Positions 1 through 12,787 are shown, counted from the whole stretch's first letter. The stretch: 63,969 nt of DNA, filler included, from Hausera hauseri (GCA_046269625.1; 11 parts of 11 records of this genome joined end to end with filler, not necessarily neighbours in it), one strand, 5' to 3'. Numbers and translations: made by a program. Notes: a model not told the origin generated them from the sequence alone.

Positions 1-304
1 TTCAGACTTTCGAGGTGAAATTAAAGTGTTGCTGCAGAACCAATCCGACGATCCGTATGCTTTTTCGCAGTGCAATCTCACAAATCGTTTTTCTTAGCTG
101 TGAAGAAGCAGAATTCAGTGTAATGTCACCGAAGCAATGGATATTGTTTTGTGTCAATGAATTAACACAAAATGAATGCAAGGAATTTGGCTTTGGTAAT
201 ATGGACAAAACCACCTATGTTTAATGATTTTGATAATAATGATGATAATAGTTAGTTGTTTTTCTTGTGTTATAAACAAAAAAGGATTTTGTATATGATA
301 AGTA

Positions 305-793
305 ATGGCAACAGGATTTATAGATTTTGAAGCTTTCCAAGATGATAATACTCGGTACATAATAAAGGAATTATGCATTATGGACGCCGGTAACATTTTC
401 AAACCGCTTGTGTACACATTCAAGCCCAGTATTGTGTGGAAAGACTTGATGGAAAAAGCGAATATTGCAAACGGATTTCTCTTTCGACATTGTCATTGAC
501 TTCATTGGTATGAAGGCAATTCAACGTTTTGTGCGCCGTGTATAATGGGAGAAATTTGTGATCGTCTTGATATTGAAAATACAACATGTTACATTGAAGA
601 TCAAATTGGCGGACAAAATTTTACACAATTCCATTCACAGTTTCCCAAGTTACGATTGACGACGTATTCAACAACATCGAACAACTCGCTGGCAATGGTA
701 ACTGACAATATCCGATGTCCGTATCGTGATCATAGACCACATTGTGCTTACAAAAATGTCTACGGTTTTGTATTGACTGTTTCATGCAAATAA
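305..793 (+). pseudogene. DEDD/DnaQ-like exonuclease of the type found in Polinton/adintovirus-like elements, one in-frame stop
   Basis: ORFs 305-499 and 545-793 share a frame; starts FIDFEAF...YIIKEL (ExoI DxE), then HCH*LHWYEG and C-terminal CPYRDHRPHCA; near pPolB. Confidence 0.6.
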
Positions 794-1188
794 ATAACTG
801 TATTTCTCTGTTTCTTTTTTCTTTTCGTAAATAAATTACGCCGTATTGGTCAGTTGAATATTTCAAAAATTATAAATACGGGTAGGTTATAGTAATGATA
901 ATAATCATCATGAAAATAGTTAATCAACTGAAGCTATTGCAAAATTTTGATGGATTATCAATTTCAGACTTGGTACGATGGTGGCAAGTACTTGATAGTG
1001 AACTAGTTGCGACAGCAGCAGGTAATTTTGGATTTAAAGAAAATTTAGTGTCAATAGCATTGATGACAGCAACAGATTGTAGCTCTATAGAAAATCTAAT
1101 TATTGTGTTAAATCCAATGTACATTAACTGATTTTATGATACAAATTACTTTAATACTGTTAAAAAGGTACGCGGTGAATTAACGAAC

Positions 1189-1383
1189 TTGAAAGAGAAA
1201 ATAATGGACAAAGTACGAGACTGTCAGTTTGTGTATGTACTATGTAAACAAAGAAAAGTGGATGCGGTATTCTTAATGTGCAACTATCTCGTTGTTTGTC
1301 AAATGTGTTCCACCAAAGTAATCCACCAATGTCCAGAATGTAAATGTGCAATAATGGAAATTGTACACATTTATTACGAATGA
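1189..1383 (+). pseudogene. IAP/MDM2-type RING finger, degenerate
   Basis: YVLCKQRKVDAVFLMCNYLVVCQMCS..CPECKCAI..IVHIY resembles the IAP C-terminal RING; first Cys and His substituted. Confidence 0.65.
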
Positions 1384-2259
1384 TTTCTTCAATAACGGAA
1401 CGAAAGTGTCATGGGCTTCAATGACGTGGAGGTAATTTGTATTATTGTGATGTGATACAATACTCACAAAGTAAATGTCTATTGTTTACAATAAAAACAA
1501 ACTTTTGATATAAATATGGATGCAATTTTATTTCACGTTTGTCTTATTTAAAAATTTCTTTGAAAAACAATACATCAGGTGACACCCTCTCAAAAAATCC
1601 AAGGTACAGTGAATATTTGCTCAGAAATTCCCGGTTGTATAATGGATACAACTTACGTTATCTGTGCAACGCTATTCTGTTGCCATTGACGCAAAAGGTC
1701 AAAATCAAACCGGTGAAATATTGTCTTTTGGTGAAAAAGATCAGCGACGATAATTTGGGTACAATGGAAGACACGATACGAAAGTTGACAGTGATTTGGC
1801 GTTGATTAACGATATCCGAGATATATCGTCGATTTTTCTCAAAGGAAATATGGCGATACTTGTAAGTTCACATGGTGGAGAAACAGCAGCAGCAACAGCA
1901 GAAGCAGTTTTGCCACCAGAAGGAGCTAAAGGCCATCTAACATTGAAGTTGAAAGGATACAAGAATCTGCACGGTGTTAAATCACCAATATCGAAGCTGG
2001 GAAAGTTTACGCTGATTTGACTTTGTTTTTTATTATAGCTTATGATGATTGATAAATTTTATTGAATTTTTTATAGTGCTTCTTGTCACATTAAGTTAAA
2101 TAGATAAATGTATATAAATAAATTAAATGGCAATAAACCAAAAGGCAAAAACATTGAACAATATACATTATTTATACAAAACAAAGAGATCACAATGAAT
2201 TGTCAGAGTAATTTGATCTATCTGCATCAAATTCTGCATGCGTGTGCGTGTTTTATTCC

Positions 2260-5200
2260 AAATGCCTATGTCCGTACGCCCAACTCTTATTTCATCCCAC
2301 CCACTTACGATTATCATAATTGCATGATAAAGCGATTTTTGTACTGGTCACCGTATGCAGTTGGTGCTCAATCGATCGGATGATCGTTTGTGACACAACA
2401 GCCTTTGATTGCCCTTCTTCATGGATACGGCGATAATCACCGTGGTTTATCTCCGTTTGGACCAACTGAACTACCTTGGCTCGCATTTTCGGTCCACCGT
2501 CAGTTAAAAGGCTATAACGTTCTGGCCATAGAAATATCCATTCCCGATACTAGACACGACCTTCACTTTCATCCTTGAAGCAATCAATTTTGTTGCTGAA
2601 AGCGCTTCTGTACAACGGATGATCCGATGGACAGTTGGACGTGTCCAGTAATCCATCTGACTGCATTTACTGCAGTAGCTGTTCGCGATTGCCTTTTCTC
2701 AGCCCAGGAAAAACTGTCACCGGCAATTATACTACTGTCACAGACGTCAAACATTTGCCGGTAACATGCCAAATCGCGATACTGTAGCTCATACATCCGC
2801 AACTTACTCAGGTCCAATACCACTTGTCCGATGTAACTTGGCCGGTCCAGAACGACTTCTCTGTTTAAAAGCACGGCAACCAATCCATCTGCAATGTGCA
2901 TTGACCGCCAAAACTGCGCTTTACTTGTGTACGTGACCAACCGCTTTTCGCTATTGCATAGGCGTACATTGAGCCACTTTTTCGTATTCTCCACTGTTTT
3001 TCCGTACAAAGAATTGTTTTTCATCTTGAAGTAGTCCTTTTCGAACTTTGTACAAGTTGCGGCTCCTTTCTCCGAATTTCCATCTATGTACGCCTTGAAT
3101 ATGGGAGCCTGAGCAAATCGAATTGCACGATGCATGTAAAATTGCAACAGACGCCAATGAACTATGTAACTTTGCTAGGTTCATGCGACATAAACAGCTT
3201 ATTTACCTTCAAGCTCGGAGGACATTGACTAATTGGTGCGACCGCTAAATGTTCCAAAACGTCATGCAGCTCATCCGGTACCACGAGATTGACCTCCATT
3301 AGGTATCCGACTAAGCCTGCCATGTCTGCTCGTGGTGGATTGACCATTATGTAGTCCAGATCTTGCCTGTCGACAACCCATTCGAATGAACCGTACGGCA
3401 AGGGTTGCGAAAGCGCCCAGCCGTACAGGTTATTAATATCAATATACAGCAGTGATGTGGTATCGGTAGTAGGAACCTGATGCTTGTTGGCAAATGTCAT
3501 GCCACCGCGAATACCAACATCAAACATTCGGTACATTTGGAATAAAAGTTGGAATAAAAGTTAAATATCTCCAGTCTATTTTTAGCCAACGCTTTCGCTC
3601 GAAACGCTTGGCACACATTGGCTAATAAGTACACGCCCAGTTTAAGATACTGAAGCATGCAATCCAACATATTTCTACAGCCGAGCTATGTCCAAGATTC
3701 TTGTGCTCTCTAATATTCAAATTCTGTGATGCATGTCCATCGCGGCGGTAATTCCTCTTCTGTTCGGAGTCGCTCATATGATGTTGCAAAGTCATAGAAA
3801 TATACCTTTGCTGTATGCAATGTGTGTGGGGAACTGAGTTGAGGTTATCGGCACATCCGGCAAGGCATTTACCATCTTCGCCAGTGATTCATTGAGAAAT
3901 TGCAATGAATCAAGGAAGCTTACTTTGAACCGGTTTATGCGTACTGACAGAGGTAGGTACTTCTCCATTGTTGTTGGGATTATGGACAGTTTTCGGTGCG
4001 GAAATCCGTTGATGGTCTATTTTAGTATATGGTGACAATCATAACCTCGGAAATTATGAAAGATCACCGGTAGGAATTACCTCACACGTCTTGTTAAATA
4101 ACATGCATTACATGCTGCTCCCAAGTATCGACCGGTAAAATGGTTGTGATCCGGTACTTATCGTTCCTGTGCATCAAACGGTAATATTTTGTGGCACAGA
4201 TAACATTCCTCTGACTGCAAATATCAGGCGTTCATCGTCATCTGTCAAAATCAGGGGTTTTGTGCTGTTATTGCTATATCACGGTGCGATTTCCGATTCA
4301 ACTATTGTTTCCAAATGATGCAGGAAATCACGCACACAGTTCCAGCCATGAAACGTAATACTGCGGTTGACCTGCATCTTTTATTGGGATAACCAACATT
4401 CCGACGGCAATTGGAACATGTTTTTAATCGTATACGTCGTGCCGTGGTAGGATTGTCTCAATATCAGCATATATCACATATGCTGGACTGTCCGTTTTAG
4501 ACCAATTACTAAATCGCAGCTCCTTTTTGACTGGCATGACGTACATTGTTGTTCCTGATGCATTCTGTCTGCACAGCGTCGCATGTTTTTCCCACGTGGT
4601 TTCTGATCTGAAGCCATGCAGACATGTAGGACACCATTTACAACGTATTTGTTTTTGGACAAACTGATGGTGATCCATGTTCAACAGTCGGTCCAAATTT
4701 GTCACTGCCACGTAATGAAATTTTTCTGCCTGCTCCAACAATAACAAATCTACTGTGCGTCCATTCGAATTCCGACTTCGATAGATTATATCCACATGTG
4801 GATTCTTGTAAATTTCTTTGTCTGCCAGTATTTCAACTATCGTTTCGTACCGGAACACATTGATTGACAGAGTCGGATTTCGCCATTCAAATGTTGGAAT
4901 GGTTTTTAGTTTCACTGGCATCCAGTTTTCGTCGAATTGCAATTCCCAAAAATACAGCCGATACTGACGTGGACGATATGCAACATGTCTGTCCACTTTG
5001 TCATATTTTAATACCGCCAAAATACTGTAAATGAAACAGTAATCATCGTCCGTGTTTTTTACATTCACTACCGCATAAAAGTGCTTTAGAGCTTCAGGTG
5101 TCGGTACGAATGAACGTCCGGATAGGTAAATTATGTCACTCGACTTTATAATAAAACCAAGAGTGACAATTTTTATTATTCGCCAACCACTGCCCTTTTC

Positions 5201-5921
5201 GGTGTAGTTGGCGATTTTTTCTTCCAGCTTTTCGCCTATGTCAGCAATGAAATCTTTGGAATATAGAACTGCACAATGTGATAGGTACTATTGATTCCTG
5301 ATACTTTCAACATTTTCAAATTCTGCGTGTGCATAATATTGCACTTTGCAGTTGAGATGTTTGAATTTCTCCACTTCGGTTTCTCACCGGTTGCACACAT
5401 GAGCGGGTACATGCCTTAGTTGAGTTGCTGATTTAGCATACATGTTTACTTTTATGTCCACGTACGATCTGCATTTCTGCTTTGCAGGTATTCGTCAAGA
5501 CATGTTGATGCTTGACGTTTCCTACTTGTTGAGGGAATAATGATTTTTCTTCTTCCATTAATATTTCCTTTTTGGACCTCTAAAACTGGTTTAAGTGGTC
5601 CTGGTACTCATTGTAAAATTGTTCATAGTTGATTTCATAAAGTATAGAACAACCTGGACAAATATAGGCCCGTTTATCGTGCACCGTTGTGGTGCTATAG
5701 TATTGCTCCATTGCACTATGGCAACCATCAATGTCGTGCACAGTACTTGTACAGTACCGTGGGTACATGGGGAAATGCACTAGCATCATTTTCTTCGACC
5801 TTGCAAACGGTCCAAAATGATGCTTGTGCATCGCATAAAAGTCGGGGTATGGACAGCGGGTTAGAATATCACACGTTGGACACACATACGTGTCCGAACC
5901 AATGTTGTAATATTTCGCCAT
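2260..5921 (-). mobile_element. polB: Polinton/Maverick protein-primed DNA polymerase B (subfamily A), frameshifted pseudogene
   Basis: In order: CxxC Zn repeats, NTDDDYCFIYSILA...HYVAV (vOTU-like), YVIYADIE (ExoI), DHNHFTGRYLGAACNAC (EndoVII/HNH-like), IFHNFRGYD, IRGG, YIDINNLYGWA, KMKNNSLYGK, IGQVVLDLSKLRMY, C-terminal KIALS. Confidence 0.92.
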
Positions 5922-6146
5922 ATGTTAATGACACTGATCTCCTCCACATGTATGCGAGAAACGCAATACATGGGATATTGCTTGATTTTCTAAATTTAAA
6001 CAAATTAACACTTAAATTGGATTACAATTATAAATAAAATAAAATAAATACATAAAAATTAAACATAACTCAATAGTCTGTGAAATTACCTTACTCTGTA
6101 ATAAACATTTGTTCCCCATACTTCTAATACTACTACTACTAATCAA

Positions 6147-6416
6147 ATGGAACAGTACATTGAAAGTGAGATTCAAATATTTACCGATGATACAATGACG
6201 GGACATGCGTTTGATGTACAAATTTTATTTGAGCTCGCAGAAACCCGACTAATGAGTAGGCGAGGATATATTGACTTACTGGTCAGATCTCTCTTCGTAA
6301 AACGTATCGAGGATGAAAGGAGACGAAAACTACAGCGGATTAATTGCCTACTCATTGGACTTGTATTTTCTGCTTCTCTTTGCATTGTAATGAAAAAGTT
6401 GATTAACAGTATTTAA
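6147..6416 (+). CDS. small hypothetical protein with C-terminal hydrophobic segment, probable Polinton accessory ORF
   Basis: ATG-initiated 89 aa ORF divergent from pPolB; ends INCLLIGLVFSASLCIVM. Confidence 0.35.
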   Translation: MEQYIESEIQIFTDDTMTGHAFDVQILFELAETRLMSRRGYIDLLVRSLFVKRIEDERRRKLQRINCLLIGLVFSASLCIVMKKLINSI

Positions 6417-6634
6417 TCACACATTTGTACATATTTTCTTTCATTTGTTTTCGTCAATCAACATAATTTATTTCGCGTGTCTTTGTTGTTTTTGTTGTAT
6501 TTTAGTATAAATACCTATGCTTCGTTACTGCATGACATTACGACATTTCCCATTTAACAGAACTCATTCGTTGGTATCACTCGTTCGACGGTCTCCGGAG
6601 TCACCTTTACAATCTTGATCGAAATTTACATGTT

Positions 6635-7024
6635 GTGCAATACTATTCGCCCAAAGAGATGCTCCTGTGTGCTGAGGAGAACTGGAGGGTACGGGAACCT
6701 TATATACGACATATGAAGCAGGTAGCTGGTGACATTGATACGATATTCTGTAAAATTTTTCGCACCTATCGGAAATTGGCGGGTTACTATGCGTTAGATG
6801 ACAATGTACGTCAAATACGGCTTGTAGAAGATTTTGCAAAGATTGGTGATTCTAACATCATTTCAACGTGGCAGTCAGCCGATCGGATTTGTTTCAAGCA
6901 ATATTGCAATGCAACTAATTCCGATGGACTCGTTCATTCTCCTGCTGAATTGGTTAATGCGTGTGGTTTGTGTGGTGGTGGTGGTAGTGATCCGAATTTA
7001 TCATTACTGGATAGTCGGGTTTAA
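6635..7024 (+). CDS. hypothetical protein, probable Polinton accessory ORF
   Basis: 129 aa open frame followed by AATAAA; no family recognised. Confidence 0.3.
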   Translation: MQYYSPKEMLLCAEENWRVREPYIRHMKQVAGDIDTIFCKIFRTYRKLAGYYALDDNVRQIRLVEDFAKIGDSNIISTWQSADRICFKQYCNATNSDGLVHSPAELVNACGLCGGGGSDPNLSLLDSRV

Positions 7025-7178
7025 TTGTACTACATAAATGGAAAATAAATGTTTGATATGGACTTGATTGTGCTTCCGTATGTCAAACAACAAGAACAAC
7101 AACAACATTATACGAATAAAGATGTTGTCATTTGACCAATTTAATTGACAAAACAAAAGTGATCATGGGTAAAGTTAC

Positions 7179-7278
7179 NNNNNNNNNNNNNNNNNNNNNN
7201 NNNNNNNNNNNNNNNNNNNNNNTTAATTAATTAANNNNNNNNNNNNNNNNNNNNNNNNNNNNNNNNNNNNNNNNNNNN
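7179..7278. other. artificial contig spacer N-TTAATTAATTAA-N (also at about 12069, 18934, 23958, 28884, 35867, 42790, 49243, 54079, 59781; plain 100-N gap at 39775)
   Basis: Identical 100 nt six-frame-stop linker occurs ten times. Confidence 0.97.
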
Positions 7279-7332
7279 GCTTTCGCCCGATCCTCAACGC
7301 TGTGAGAATGTCTGAAAGAAGCGCTCAAGTTC

Positions 7333-8253
7333 ATGATGAATGGACCGGAACCGGAGGCTTATTTAGAGGCAATCGAGAAACTGTTGGCTAAAGTTATGAA
7401 ACACGAATTTTCACACGAGACTCTTCAAGAAGAAATATTGTTCCAATGTTGTAACAATATAGAGATGAGAAGACAGATATTCCTCAGTGACAAACGAGAC
7501 GCGGAATCCATAAAGGAGAAAATACGGAATATAAATGAAGTAAAGATTAAGACAGAAGAAATCAACACGGCCAAGGAGTATCAAGGGATCGGTAGAAGAA
7601 GCTAATAAGAAGTTGCAGCATGAAATAGCAGGAAACCCGTTCCTAGAATCAACACAACCCCAATTAGATCACCAAATAGTAGATTAAAGTGTTGGACATG
7701 CCAGAAAGAAGGACATACGAGCAGAACTTGCACTACACGGAGACTGATTTAATGCTTTAGATGCGAAAAAGAAGGACACATAAGCAGGCAGTGTCCCGAA
7801 AGAAAACCAATAAGATCAGCTAGGGCACATCAGACGAAATTGTACAAACCTTAGCTGTTCGAGATGTTACCATAGGAGACATACATAAAAGGAGTGCTAC
7901 ACCAGACTGGAGGGGAAAAGAGAACCAGGATGGGATACATACAACGTCAAAACAAGGTACGGGGATAATTTGAACAGAAGACGAGGATGGAGAGTCGCAA
8001 ACGTGGAGGAAGAAGCAACAGAATCGGAACAGGAGTCAGTTGCCCCAAAAGGCATAGCCTCTATAGAAGTGGAGCAAATCGGGGCACTGCAATAGATACA
8101 GTCTCGCAAAATATCGTTGTGTATAATAGTAGTAGTATATCAAAAGAGTATAAACGGATCAAGAAGAAGGCGACACGGCGATATAGTGATGGATAAAAGG
8201 ACGCAGGAAAAAGTACGGAAATTTATAAAAACGGAAAATTTCTAGGAAGTATA
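7333..8253 (+). mobile_element. gag: Ty3/gypsy gag remnant with two CCHC knuckles, interrupted at 8254 by an LTR
   Basis: LKCWTCQKEGHTSRTC and CFRCEKEGHISRQC at about 7684-7800; stops and frameshifts. Confidence 0.75.
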
Positions 8254-8645
8254 TATTGTGCCCACAGCTGACAGTGCCCTTTGGCCTATTTGGTCAGACG
8301 CGGCCGGGCGTACGTTGCCGCCGCGTCGGGCCCATAGTCGGGCTCGATCTCTCGCCTCGAAAATTTTATAAGATGACGTTGTTGAAACTGTTCCCACCGA
8401 TGAAAATACTTTAAATTCTTTATCTTACTTTTCAAAAAAAGCAATCAAAAAGAGAAAATCTCAAATCTGGTGATATCACATCTACAAATATTCTGCGTAG
8501 TGTTGGTAGCCAATCAGACAATCGACCTATTCAGAAACTAGTCCTCAGTAATGTTCGTTACAACAGTGATTATGTGTCGTCGAACGATGGTCACATAGCG
8601 ATTTTAGACCAAGATGACCTTACCATCGAACACGGGTCAGGCACT

Positions 8646-8705
8646 CAGAAGCCACCATATCCCTATGCTCAGTTGATTGTACAGGCCGTCAGTACAACAC
8701 GAGAC
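8646..8705 (+). pseudogene. foxK: FoxK forkhead N-terminal fragment
   Basis: QKPPYPYAQLIVQAV matches FoxK KPPYSYAQLIVQAI; stops at the CLIC ATG. Confidence 0.7.
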
Positions 8706-9650
8706 ATGTCAGAAGGAAATTCAACGTTACCAGTTATTGACTTGTATGTTAAAGCTTCAACAGTCGATCCGTTGGATAAAGGACCTTGCCCAATTTCACA
8801 GAAATAGTTCGTGGTATTTATACGATGGTTGAACACAAATTAATTTATTTGTGCGTTACTGCGCTTGATTTTAAAAATCCACCCGATGAATATATGCAAA
8901 TGTCAGTCGGTAGAAACTTACCAGTTGCTGTGGTAATTGAAAGCCACGATCCAAGAACATGTGAAGACATTAAAGATCTGATTGCCGACACTAATAATGA
9001 AATTGAAAATCTAATGGATCGATTTAAATGTCCAGGAATGGAACTAGGTGCATCGGCATTTAAAGTAACCGAAGATTTGTTCCGAAATTTCAATTCATAC
9101 TTACAAACGAACAATGCATCCAATATGGTCGCCAATTTGCAATCTTTAGATGTTTATAAATTCACGAAGTTCCAGATATCTTGAGGGTGACAGTATTCAT
9201 TTCGTCGATTGTGTCGTTATGCCAAAAGTTCAACATTTGCGAGTAGCATGTACTGCATTTAAAAATTTCCAAATTCCACACGATTTGAAAGGTGTTTGGC
9301 GTTACATTAAAACGATGTACAAAACGGAAGCATTCAAACTGAGTTGTCCTTGCGATCGAGACATTCTGATTCATTATAGTGAAAAGACAAATCCGAGACC
9401 GAAGTAATCAGTTTTGTTAAAAGATAATTCAACAACAATGACATTTCCCGACGATATCCATTTGAATAATACGTATTGAAATTGATTCCAGAATTTTGAT
9501 ATAAAAGAAGCTCAATATTATAACTAATGTTTGCAAATCAATGTTATGTTTTTTGTTAAGTTACACTCGGTTATTATCCATATTTGCATTGTCTGTTGGC
9601 GTTCTAAGAATATATTTTTTACACTTTGTTTTAATATTCAATAAATATTG
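8706..9650 (+). pseudogene. CLIC: processed chloride intracellular channel (CLIC) copy with 3' UTR
   Basis: IDLYVKAS..KGPCPISQ, YLEGDSIHFVDCVVMPKVQHLRVA..FKNFQIP..LKGVWRYI..AFKLSCPCDRDILIHY; intronless, with stop and frameshifts; AATAAA at about 9640. Confidence 0.88.
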
Positions 9651-9658
9651 TATACACT

Positions 9659-10562
9659 TTGAAAAAAAATCCAAGAGAAACGGAAAATAAAATTGTCAAG
9701 GATATGAATTCAAATTTAATGTCTTCTATGACGATTTTAGAATCTCTTCTTTTGTCGGTGGTTTCAAATGTTGATTTTAATTTGGAAGATGTAACGGATT
9801 CTGTTAAAAAACTCTTGCTCAGTGAAAAGTCAAATGATGATTTACAGAATGAACTGTTCGAATTATTGGGCATGGACGGTTTCGACATTATCGGAGCTTT
9901 GCTTGAAAATCGCCAAGGAATTATTAAGAATATTCAAAATACTGTTCAGAAAGAAAACGATCCGACGTCTGTTCAAAAATCTCGACCGACAAAAAAGACA
10001 AACGATTCTAAACAGGTTAGTGCCGATGTTTATCCGTTCGTTTTCGACAAGATGTTGGGTATTAACCGAACGAAAATCACCGTCGGAAATTGTGAATCGG
10101 AAAATTGCCGAGATTATGAAAAATGGAAAATCCCGGCACGAGAAAGCTGGGATCCGATTCCCGTCAATCGAATCGAAATCTTGTTTTTGGATGACATTGG
10201 CCAAATGGGATTCGAAGGAATGAAACAATTGAATCTGATTAAGTCGGTCGTGTTTGAAACGGCATACGGTACAAACGAAAATATGCTCGTCTGTGCATCG
10301 ACTGGTGTCAGGAAAACCAACATTGCAATGCTGACCAATTTGCATGAGATGAAACAGAACATAGGGCCGGGTAAAAAAATAAAATTGAGCGAATTCAAAA
10401 TCATTTGCGCTACTCCGATGAAAGCATTTGCCGAAGAAATGACACGGACATTCGGTGTTCGACTGAAGAAGTTGTGTATTTCAGTTCGCGAATGCACGGG
10501 CGATATGCAGCTGTCGAAACAGGAAATCGCCAGTACGCAGATTATCCTCATGACTCCGATGA
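9659..10562 (+). pseudogene. ASCC3: ASCC3 (Ski2/Brr2-like helicase) fragment, intronless
   Basis: SNDDLQNELFELLG, GFEGMKQLNLIKSVVFETAYGTNENMLVCASTGVRKTNIAML (degraded Walker A), PMKAFAEEM, VRECTGDMQLSK; truncated before DExH. Confidence 0.88.
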
Positions 10563-11484
10563 AATTAATGAATTATAAATGGTGTCAGGAAAATTCGCAT
10601 CATGCAGCTATCTCCATAAAGGTAATACCTATTAATCTTATAACAAATGATTATCAAATCGAATCAACACCCAGTAATAGTACTATGTCACTTATTAATG
10701 ATCGTTGGTGCTGGGATAAAGTGCATATTGCCCAGACAATAATTGATAAGGATGATCAAAAATTTCGTGAAGTTCGATCCCATGTTCCCAGAAGCATTAA
10801 TCGTGATGACCGAAGACGTAAAGTTGTTGCTGGTAGAACCGTAATGCAGATGGTTGATAAAACTGGTTATGATCCGTGGGGCATTAATTCAAAACTTAGT
10901 CCGACTATGGATATCGGTTTGGATACATTCCACATTAAGACTGGTAAGAGATCGTTTAAAGCTGTAGTTTTTTCTATTCTTACAACGTTCACTCAATATA
11001 TTAGCCTCGTTAATTCGACTAAGGGCAAAATTGAATACCACGATTCGCCTAACAGAAACATCGCGGCGGCAATCAAGCTCTTCAAAGATAAGTTTAACAT
11101 TCTTCTTCAGAAGCACATTATCTACCGTTATGGTGTTGGCGATTCTCATGCATATTTCATCAAACTGTAAACGGGAAACTCGGCTACCCCGCAGTTTGTG
11201 ACCCGTCCCGGCCAGGCGGAAGCCTCGGCCGCCCATCCTATACCACTGGGTCAGACGGCACTGTTCGCTACCGCCCCACGACACGCCCCCGGCCACACGA
11301 CTTCTCTGTATTTTCTTTTCTTTTTTTAAATAAGAAACATATTTGCACAAACGCAGTAACACACTTAGACACTGCGGCCATTTACAACATCATCTCCACT
11401 TTTCTTCGCTCACCTGACTTTTACCTCACACACGACGGCTCCACAAAACCTCTCGTTGGAACCCTACAATCTTCTTCATCCTAT

Positions 11485-12068
11485 ATGTACTTTCACATAC
11501 ACTTCCGCATCAGTGGTGGCATGCATTCATCGCTCACTATTGATACCACGGACAAACCCACCCAACCACAGAACTCCATCACTGACCTCCCCAAAGAAAG
11601 TGCTTCGAACACTCCGACACAGCACATACTCCCCGCTCATTCACCCTGCACAGAAAACTTCTTCGATAGCCAAAGTTCTACCCAAACTTGACTAAAACTG
11701 CATCAATTCTGGCTCCAGTCACAAAACGTCGTCGACCCCTTATCCAAAGCCAACAGCCTGTATTTTCATTTACCTGCTTCCATCAAAACCAAAATTACAA
11801 ACATCATCGAAATCCTTCACCACACCGGTCCATATGCTCAACTGTATAATGCCGTTCTTAAGCTCACTGAGCCGTCAATCGACTTAATCATTCAAAGATT
11901 CTTCAACGACAACGCCATTGACCTACAAAAGCCTTCTGAATTCTCGCGCACATCTTTGTCTCACCTCAATACCCTTGGCGTAACATCTGAGCATAGTACA
12001 GAACTTCTTCGCCGTTACTTTTTAAATGCATTGCCCCTTCAAATAAGAGCTTTTCTCACTGTGGTCGA
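11485..12068 (+). mobile_element. gag: CsRn1-clade gag 5' part, degenerate
   Basis: Homologous to 12930-13943 (HIHFRISGGM vs HIHSRIRGGM; LTEPSIDLIIQRFFN; LLRRYFLNALP). Confidence 0.8.
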
Positions 12069-12400
12069 NNNNNNNNNNNNNNNNNNNNNNNNNNNNNNNN
12101 NNNNNNNNNNNNTTAATTAATTAANNNNNNNNNNNNNNNNNNNNNNNNNNNNNNNNNNNNNNNNNNNNGATGGTCGGGTCCGGAACCGTATTTGATTGGG
12201 TATTGTTGTTCAATGATTTTACTGAAAATACCAGATGGTTGGTGCTAACATTGAGCTGTGATTGACTGTCGACATTGTCCTTTGGAAGCTTACGATGTGA
12301 AACGTGATAGTTATTGGAATTATAATGAGGTACCGACTGTTTTAAAATAGATTGCCTACTTACTGTTTACTGTGTTGTCTACAAGTATATTCGATTTCAG

Positions 12401-12787
12401 TCAGTGTCGGTTACAATCGACTAGCAAATTATAACGCGAAAGGAAATCAGAGCCAAGTATTGCCGTCTGGACGTTAGCGACTGTAAACATCCAACGGAAT
12501 GAAGAGGAAAATTTTGGTAGAGTGAAAGATAATTTGCATGTTCCAGTAATATGGGGAGATTGACCAGAGACGGTGTATAAAGGTTTTATTTTAGGTGAAA
12601 AATGCTGAACCGGAAAAGAAAATGGTAGTAGTGAGATTGCTGCGCCAGTATCGATGAGAAAGTCTATGGATTGAATGTTAGGATTAGAGATAGCAGCTTT
12701 TAGTGTAAAGACTGCAAATGAAGTGTGTCGGCAAGATGAATTAGGTAAGTTGCCTTTGCCAGAATCTGCCGAGAATACTGGCGGCAA
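12401..12787 (-). mobile_element. retroviral-type aspartic protease (pol start)
   Basis: FLIDTGAAISLLP ... AILGSDFL. Confidence 0.92.

Larger units (their letters stand above)
8254..11193 (+). mobile_element. putative 5' LTR (about 2.9 kb) of a CsRn1-clade element, filled with captured mRNA fragments
   Basis: Starts TATTGTGCCCACAGC plus a ~110 nt GC-rich motif shared with 56126; ends ...CCCCGCA, then TTGTGACCCGTC (degenerate tRNA-Trp PBS TGGTGACCCCGAC) and gag. Confidence 0.65.

Noticed and set aside
7223-7234. Recurrent palindrome TTAATTAATTAA as a biological site or TSD
   Set aside because: Always embedded in N runs; it is an assembly linker. Order across linkers was not interpreted.
8324-8337. 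Minus-strand TGGGCCCGACGCGG as a tRNA-Lys PBS
   Set aside because: Needs an indel, is not next to an LTR-ending CA boundary, and no gag follows on that strand.
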